Shown here: one piece after another, positions 55,997 through 64,000 of the stretch
Numbering within the stretch: position 1 is the first letter of the stretch
How the letters are laid out: every line of letters begins with the position of its first letter
DNA from: Octopus vulgaris
Taxonomy: Eukaryota
Length of the DNA stretch: 64,000 bases
Direction: 5' to 3'
Assembly: GCA_951406725.2 (NCBI GenBank)
Contig: OX597821.1
Coordinates: 106,764,001 to 106,828,000 of the forward strand
Translations under genes and position numbers: made by a program
Notes under the pieces: model-generated
Told to the model about the DNA's origin: nothing
What the model saw: only the letters and a program-made list of their open reading frames with translations
Database searches by the model: none

Positions 55997-57953
55997 CAGT
56001 TTGGAACTTCTTTAGGCTAACGTTATAAGAAACATTCTCTTCTGTTTGGAATGTATTGAACTCAAAAGAAGATATTGTTTTAAGCCTAAGCTTCATCATA
56101 AATATCTCTCTTTAGTCGTTGACTTCGCTGATGAATTTTACTAAAAATGAGTTGTGTCCTGCTATATACCATAGTGAACATTTTTTCTAACATATAGTGG
56201 AGTGTTTTGAATTCTTTTAATTTCTCTACGCTTTCATTTCAGTGAATGACTCTGTCGTCGATGTATGTTTCCAGTTTTATAGTATATATTTGAAGAAAAT
56301 ATTTCTGAATATACGTAGTCATATTTGTAATTCATAATCTTTACTTACCCCATAAGTAACTTCTCAATAATTCAAATTTCCATTTTTAAATATGATACTT
56401 GAAACTATTTTTCGCCATGGTTTCACCAGAAAAAAGTAATTCATATTTACAGCTGCATTTTCTTCAGATGGTACGGCTTCCGCGATGAAATTACAACGTA
56501 TCGCTATAGAAACAAATTCCATCACCAAATATCAATCATGCTTGTCTATCGATTGCTAAACCAACCACAATCTTTGTTTTAGTTGCCATAAACATGCTGA
56601 AATCATCGGTAAATTTGCCACATCTACTGGTAGTGGTAAATTGCTTGACATTACACAACCGATTGACTTACCAACATTCCAACTGATGCGGCTACCGGCT
56701 GCCACACTTGTCACTGCAACTAGCGACGGCCACTCAGGCTGCTATTGTTGCGAAAACCACCACGACCAGGTAACATAGAAAAGTAAACAAAACAACGGCA
56801 GCATGTGAATTTCGTAAAAACAAAAAGTGAGATTGAAGAACTAATATCATGGAACATTGATGAAATACAATTTATTCATTTTTTGTTAAAATTTCATCAT
56901 GACTAAATCGTCATTCTACAGCAACCGAAACCGTTAGGATAACTTCTTACTTTTATTCAAGACAGTGCTCAGCCACTTGCACGTTAATTTCACGAGCAGG
57001 CTGTTCCGTTGATCGGTTCAACTGGAACCATCGTCGTCGAACCCGACGGAGTGCCATGATTATAGCAACATATAATAATAATATACAAGCAAATGCTCCG
57101 CTCGAAACGTTGATTACTCCTTCTTTCTTTCCTTTCCTGAGCGTCCATGAACACTATAATTGTTCCACGTCCTCGCGTTGTTGTGTTTTCTCTTTGTTCA
57201 TGTTTGGATTAACCATATAATTAAGTATCTGGGTCTTACCACTCACGTTACCCATACATGCAATCATAGTTTGTTATCTGAGATTGAACTAACTGAGATA
57301 ACCTATATCTACTAATTTCGTCCTTGTGCATAAAATGACATATGCATCACTTAGAAATAAAAGGAATCTTTGCCTTGAAATATTTTTTTTCACTTTGATG
57401 CACATACATATTGTAAAGTAAATTAAAACTGAACTCAGTAAGTGGTTTCATTATGATATTTTATTTCTAGAATATACGAAAGATTAAGTTTGGAAATGCA
57501 AGGTTGAGCATTTATAATGTATTTTCTGTAATATATTGGTGTTATTTATTTATGTAAATGAGAAAAAGTGACAAGTAGAACATGTGCAGATGTGGTAGCA
57601 GGAAAATTACAATAGAGACGGAAAAATCATTGTGTGAATATATATATTTTTATACAATTTTAATTAAAAGATGGCGGACAGTTATAAATAATCCGACTGA
57701 AAAATCAATGACTGCCTGACTGATAATAAAGAGTATAGAATCATCCTAAGGTTTCACCTGGTAGAAGGCGTTCGATCTCGCTTCAGCATTACCCATCTTT
57801 ACCTTTTAAGAAAAAATAATCTTGCTCGAGAAAGTGCAGATGTGCCCAGGTTCCAAAAGCATTTAATGGTGAAATCGTGAGGTAGTGCTGCAAAAGGCGT
57901 CTTCGTACTGAATTCACTAACAATCGAAAATGTATAATAAAATGAGACATCGT

Positions 57954-58010
57954 TTATAATGGCTTTGTCTGAATAACCACAAGTATGTAAGTAATGAAAC
58001 TTCCAATCAT
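57954..58010 (-). CDS. GRL gene D last coding exon (MIGSFITYILVVIQTKPL*)
   Basis: Same as 38131-38187 except one synonymous GTA/GTT change; acceptor tttttcag. Confidence 0.85.
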   Translation of the reverse strand: MIGSFITYILVVIQTKPL

Positions 58011-59354
58011 CTGAAAAACAGAAAAGAGACGTTATATATGTGCTATTTTCAGTGAATGAAGAGAATTATACGGATTGAAGGTCATTATGTACTAGTTATA
58101 CTAGAAAAATAAGCTGGTTGTTTCAGTTAAGCAACCGCAAGTTTTGGGCACTAAACATTTAGGTCATGATTTCAAGATCTTCTGATATATTCGTTACCGA
58201 TTTTCATTAAGGCGCCCATAAAGTTTATGGTTGAGTCAGGTGTGCGACTGAACCTCGAATCGAAATGTTAAGCAGGCAGATTTTGCTCTGTGCATTATGA
58301 CCGACAGAATGTCAAGACTGGTAACGTTCGAACTCAAAAGATAAACGGTTGTAGCAGAATATTGCAAACGTTTTATAAAATCAGGAAGTATAAAACGCAT
58401 TTCATTGCAAAGTAACAAAATGTAACAAAGCATATAGCAAATACATTCTCCTTTGCAATATTTTCCTTTCGATTTATTTGAAATTCAATTCTTTAATTGT
58501 ATTATATACTCTTTTCATTTTTATTATTCGCGTTTTATTTCTTATTTATCGCTGTGTTTGAAGTTCTTTCACGATATTTCATGAGTCACTAATAAACCAA
58601 ATACATTTTGAACTTAAAATAGCTAATGAAAATGTTGATGTATTTCAGCAAGGGTTTCAGTGGGATGTCTTGAAAATTGCGTAAGCGGTGGCTTTCAGAA
58701 GCTGGCCCAGCTACAATGGGTCTTAAGGTTAAGTCATCTGGCGTTTGGATAGACGAGTATGACCCTGAGAAAAATATCCACTCTACATAAAGAGCAAATC
58801 CGTTTCCCGCAATACAGGAATATTCCTCTAAGTCAACATATACAAAAATATGCAGATAACACCAAGCCAAATTTCAAATTCTTCCCCTTCTACAAGTGCA
58901 AAGACACAATCTCTCCACAAGAACGTTTAAATAAACAAACTTTTTTCATTGAAAAATACAGAACATGTCTTAATATGCACGTATAACCAACTTTTATCTT
59001 TTTAAATATTTCAATTCACAATTACATCACTGTACATAAATCCCCTCACTAAACAAATATTTCGAAACCTTTTTTTTTCTGTACCCCTACCCTTACCGAA
59101 AGCCGAACAGTTATCTCCCTTACCCACAAAAATAACAATAATAATGATAACTAAATACCTCCCTTTATTTTTTCTACTTGTGAAGACATTCACTCGTAAA
59201 TATCATTACACACAACATGGGCAAAATTTCGTCTTAAGAAAATACATATACAAATAAGTAAACCACAATATCATGAATAGCGAAAGCGAACTGTTGATAT
59301 ATTAAAAATTATATTAAAACTATGTAAAGCGTGTGTATTTTCCTTTTTTAATTT

Positions 59355-59419
<65 letters not shown>

Positions 59420-59836
59420 ACTATGACACTGTAGCAATTAGAGAAGTTGCGTAGCGGTTTACTTGGTAATTTTAATAATTATAATAGGTTTGAACATATT
59501 TGCCATCATAACAATCCGCTTTCCAGAAAATGTGCTATTATTTTCTGGCTACGATTTGAGTGGATAAAATGTCTGTTTGGGGTGAACAGCGTAAATCACA
59601 TCAAAACATCTCGTACATAATATATATATGCAAATGATTCCTTTCAGTTTCTGTCTATTGAATTTACTCATTGAGTTCTTTGGTCGGCCTGAGGCTAGAT
59701 TTGAAAATTTTGCACTAGGTGTCACGCAGTGAGTCTGAAGCTTAAGTTATACAGTCGAGAAGCAGAACTCACGATCATGCCTGCGACTTTGTATGACAAA
59801 ATATGTAAAATATGCACTAAATACTGTAATATTTAC

Positions 59837-59926
59837 CGTAAGTGTTGACGAAGGAGTTATTACGAAACAGCCACCAACATCAATTCCATGAGATTCAGTC
59901 GTTAGTCGATTTAGGAAAACTAATAT
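59837..59926 (-). CDS. GRL gene D exon 3 (ILVFLNRLTTESHGIDVGGCFVITPSSTLT)
   Basis: cttcttatgtattacag acceptor, gtaaat donor, 90 nt phase 0/0; resembles the GR penultimate exon (F..RL....G..V.G.F.I). Confidence 0.85.
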
Positions 59927-60835
59927 CTGTAATACATAAGAAGACGAAAAATCATAAACAGAGACGGTTGAACAAGAAATCCCACCAACTTTTCTCATAT
60001 ATTTGATGTCCGTGGACACATCGTCATTTGATTCAGAAAAGGATGGGATTAAAATAAATGCACGTTTAAGGACTTGATGAGGAATTCCTATTTGTATCGA
60101 TGGAAATTCAACGATGATTATTCGCATGGTTATATATAAAACCAGAAAAGAACCTAGGGGAAAATATAATAGCGATACCAATAAGGATGGGACAACTGGC
60201 ACCAACGAGTTAATAATTGATGTGAGGAAGATCAGAAGATTTTAGATGAGTTGCAGGAAGTAATGAATAAACAGGTAAGAAAAACATTGCCAGCTTTAAA
60301 ATGCACCAACATCTTTAAATGATTGTTCCGGAGCATATTCACCATCTACTTCAATTACTACTTCCCATTTGGTCTGCAGGCGTTCAGACTGTCATTTAAA
60401 GATGTGTTTCTTAAATATTGTTTTTGTTTTTGTTGAATAAATTTTGTTGGAAAAACATTTGCAATAATTACGCACCAATCCAATATATATGTGGAGGCGC
60501 GTGGCTTAGTGGTTAGAGTGTCAGCATGATGATCGTAAGATTGTGGTTTCGATTCCTGGACCGGGCGACGCGTTGTATTCTTGAGCAAAACACTTCATTT
60601 CACGTTGCTCCAGTCCACTCAGCTGGCAAAAAGGGGTAAGGCTGCGATGGACTGGCGTCCTGTCCAACAGGGGAACACATATGCCATAGAAACCGAGAAA
60701 ATAGACCCATGAGCCTGGCTAGTCTTTAAAAAGGGCGCATTTATTTATTTTTATATATATACATATATAGTGGGCTGATGAATAACTTAAAATTGTAATT
60801 AGATAAGAGAAAAATCAAGCATAAAATTTATTTAC

Positions 60836-60904
60836 CTTCGCAACAACCTCCTGGTCGACGCCCTGAAACTGCATATAATGAATACTTTGTGTAATGCTGT
60901 GAAC
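60836..60904 (-). CDS. GRL gene D exon 2 (VHSITQSIHYMQFQGVDQEVVAK); exon 1 expected beyond 64000
   Basis: tttttcgcatccag acceptor, gtaaat donor, 69 nt. Confidence 0.85.
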
Positions 60905-61218
60905 CTGGATGCGAAAAAGAAAATAATAATGATAATAATAATCATATGTAAAGGAGCAGATATAAGCATTGCCCATATCCCAAACGAATACCCTAGTCTT
61001 CCCCAAAAGCACAACCAGCTGTGGGGTTATGATCTCTACGATTTCCCAATCAAAGGAGATCAGATGCTTGAGCACAACAGGCCAGAGATATAGATCGTCA
61101 AGACGATATACCACATATGCTATATAGTTGATGTTGCATGCCCCTTTGACCAACGAATAGTCGAGAAGGAGAGCGAAAATTTAAAATTTAAAAGAAGGAA
61201 CAAAAAATAATAATAATC

Positions 61219-61880
<662 letters not shown>

Positions 61881-61892
61881 AATAATAATAAT

Positions 61893-62027
<135 letters not shown>

Positions 62028-62569
62028 TTCATAGTTTGTCACAAGGCCGGCAATTCCGGTGGTGTTTGTAAGTTGTTTACATCGACCCCAGCGCTCGTCT
62101 GGTACTTATGTTATAGACCTCGTAAGAATGAATAGCAAAGTTGACCTCGTTGGTACCAGAACGTAGAACGTAAAAACAGAGGTAATTTAAATGTTGAAGT
62201 GAATCTAATGGTTTTGTGTCTTTCTTAAATATCTTATAAACACCTTCCACGACGCAATTGTATATATATATAAATTAGATTCACCTCAACATTTAAATTT
62301 ATTTTCCCAAATTTATATTTGTTGCGGTCTCCAAGCGACGAAAATATACTGGCAAATGAAATTTAAATGTTGAAATGAATCTAATGGTTTTTGTGTTTCT
62401 TAAATGGCTTCTAAACTCCTTCCACGCTGCAACTGCTTTCGTTCCAGCACACTATCTCAGATATATATATCTATAATACTGGGTAAAATAAATAAAATAA
62501 TCAATTAATTGATTAATAATTAATAATTTTACCAAGTAGTCAGTACGTTAAAATGACCTTTTTATGTGA

Positions 62570-63129
62570 ATTACACAAAATATTTTATAATTATATATGT
62601 AATTACAAATAGGGGTCAGCTTATTGCTTTGCCACGTACCGAATTAGAAATGGACGCACTTATTTTTACAACTACCATAAATATCTCCGAGACAGAAACA
62701 CACTTTTTGCTCCCTGATCGAATCTACAGTTTTCTGCGGGAGTGTTCGTAACACACACGTGGGTATAATGGATAAATATATATTCACATTCGGCTGTATA
62801 TTTTTGTGAGTGCGGTTCAATATCAGTTATGCGATGACGCTTGATCGCGTACATATCTAATCCTAACACTCGCAAATATATCCCTCGAATTATCACAATG
62901 AGGAGAAAAGTAGGTAACTATAATTTACTTTAAATTTCGAATCACGTCCGTGGTTAATCGAAGTCGTGTGAATTCATCATTTTTTTTTTTTTGGTTACAA
63001 AAATGTGTGTTACTGTCTCGGAGATATGTATGGTAACTGAAAAGACCTTAGCGTCCATTTCTAATTCGATACGTGCGGAACAATTAGCGGAGACCTGATT
63101 ATAATTTTGTGTATAGTGTAGAACATTTT

Positions 63130-63130
<1 letters not shown>
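62570..63130. repeat. Diverged inverted repeat, ~135 bp arms
   Basis: gaattagaaatggacgc...atatctccgagacag / ctgtctcggagatat...gcgtccatttctaattc. Confidence 0.75.
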
Positions 63131-63167
<37 letters not shown>

Positions 63168-63299
63168 ATGGCTGTGTGTGTAAATATATATATATGTGTG
63201 TGTGTGTGCGTGTAAGTTATGTGTGTGTATGGTTCTCCCTTTGGGATTAAGTCTCAATGTGTAAATCACTAAAACGAATGCCACCTGCCATTTATTTAG

Positions 63300-64000
63300 T
63301 CCGCCAGTATCTCTACTATTCCAACAGCATAAATAATTGGTCCCTATCAAACGGGCAAATTTGCTGTCTATATTGATGCCATTGAAGAAATCGAACACTG
63401 GTACACGAAGCATATTGCCTCAATGTAAGAGATCCTTTAGTGAGATACGCCAAAATTTCTACGACTTTGCTCCATAGAGCAAAGAGAAAATTATGCGATT
63501 CTATATTTCTGATAGATTCTGAAGCGTTGGTACTAAAAGTTATTTTAATACCTGAACGGATCACCACTGTATAGAGGCCAACATAAGATCGAAAGCTAGA
63601 TACCACAATAGCTTTGTGATTAAATATCCAACGGAAATTCGTAATAGATATACATGAATGAATGTAGATCGTGTCAAAATATAAAGTGATGCCATCGGAC
63701 ACGAAGGTTGCGGCGTAGACAGATTTTATCGAAGGATTTTAGTCGCTTAATATCTTACACCCTCATCGGCCATGTCTCGCTGCCGTAGAGGAGAATCGTT
63801 CACACTAGTGCTTGGTAGAATTCATCTACAAGTGCTTGGAGAATTTATCTACGAAGCAATTGCCCCAGCTCCCCTTCAGGATTGGCAAAACGATGTGGTG
63901 GACAGCGAAAAACGTGGCTTCTGTCAGTCAAGGCTGATCTGGAACCCGACCTAGGCCCCCATATCTACGGCGTTCACTGATGGAATAAGGAGTGGTTGGA
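63300..64000 (+). mobile_element. Degenerate, internally deleted RTE-like LINE
   Basis: APE-end remnant then KRCGGQRKTWLLSVKADLEPDLGPHIYGVH*WNKEWL. Confidence 0.65.

Larger units (their letters stand above)
45447..61180 (+). repeat. Segmental duplication copy 2
   Basis: Direct repeat of 24805-41345 with copy-specific indels. Confidence 0.93.

Noticed and set aside
59747-60205. 152-aa ORF as a standalone gene
   Set aside because: Only 59837-59926 is exon-like; the rest is intronic read-through
63316-63702. 128-aa minus-strand ORF as another receptor exon
   Set aside because: No GRL similarity; antisense to a LINE remnant

Overview
AT-rich, microsatellite- and transposon-dense animal DNA. 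The SINE and LINE families resemble those of octopus (coleoid cephalopod); the taxon is inferred, not proven. The host content is a minus-strand tandem cluster of gustatory-receptor-like genes (GRL, the insect GR/OR-type 7TM ion-channel superfamily) that the ORF track only partly shows. Reconstructed by hand, a gene has a ~950-nt exon 1 ending GIRLN[KR]S, a 69-nt exon 2 (VHSIT...K), a 90-nt exon 3 (ILVFLNRL...GIDVGGCFVIT) and a 57-nt last coding exon (MIGSFITYILVVIQTKPL*), joined by three phase-0 introns, ~389 aa. Three first exons lie at 11.6-12.5, 26.5-27.4 and 47.1-48.0 kb; 3' exons lie at 1.3, 38-41 and 58-61 kb. The intact first exon at 26.5 kb has its own TATA box and donor but no private 3' exons, suggesting alternative first exons spliced to shared C-terminal exons. 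A ~16 kb direct duplication (24.8-41.3 vs 45.4-61.2 kb) yields a middle gene with a frameshift and a deleted exon 3. The rest is TE-derived: Dong/R4-like RLE LINEs stacked in (TAA)n, Penelope-like GIY-YIG elements with hammerhead ribozymes and fold-backs, Tx1, RTE and CR1-like relics, tRNA SINEs, Helitron and Tc1/mariner remnants. TE boundaries are approximate; exon boundaries were read base by base.
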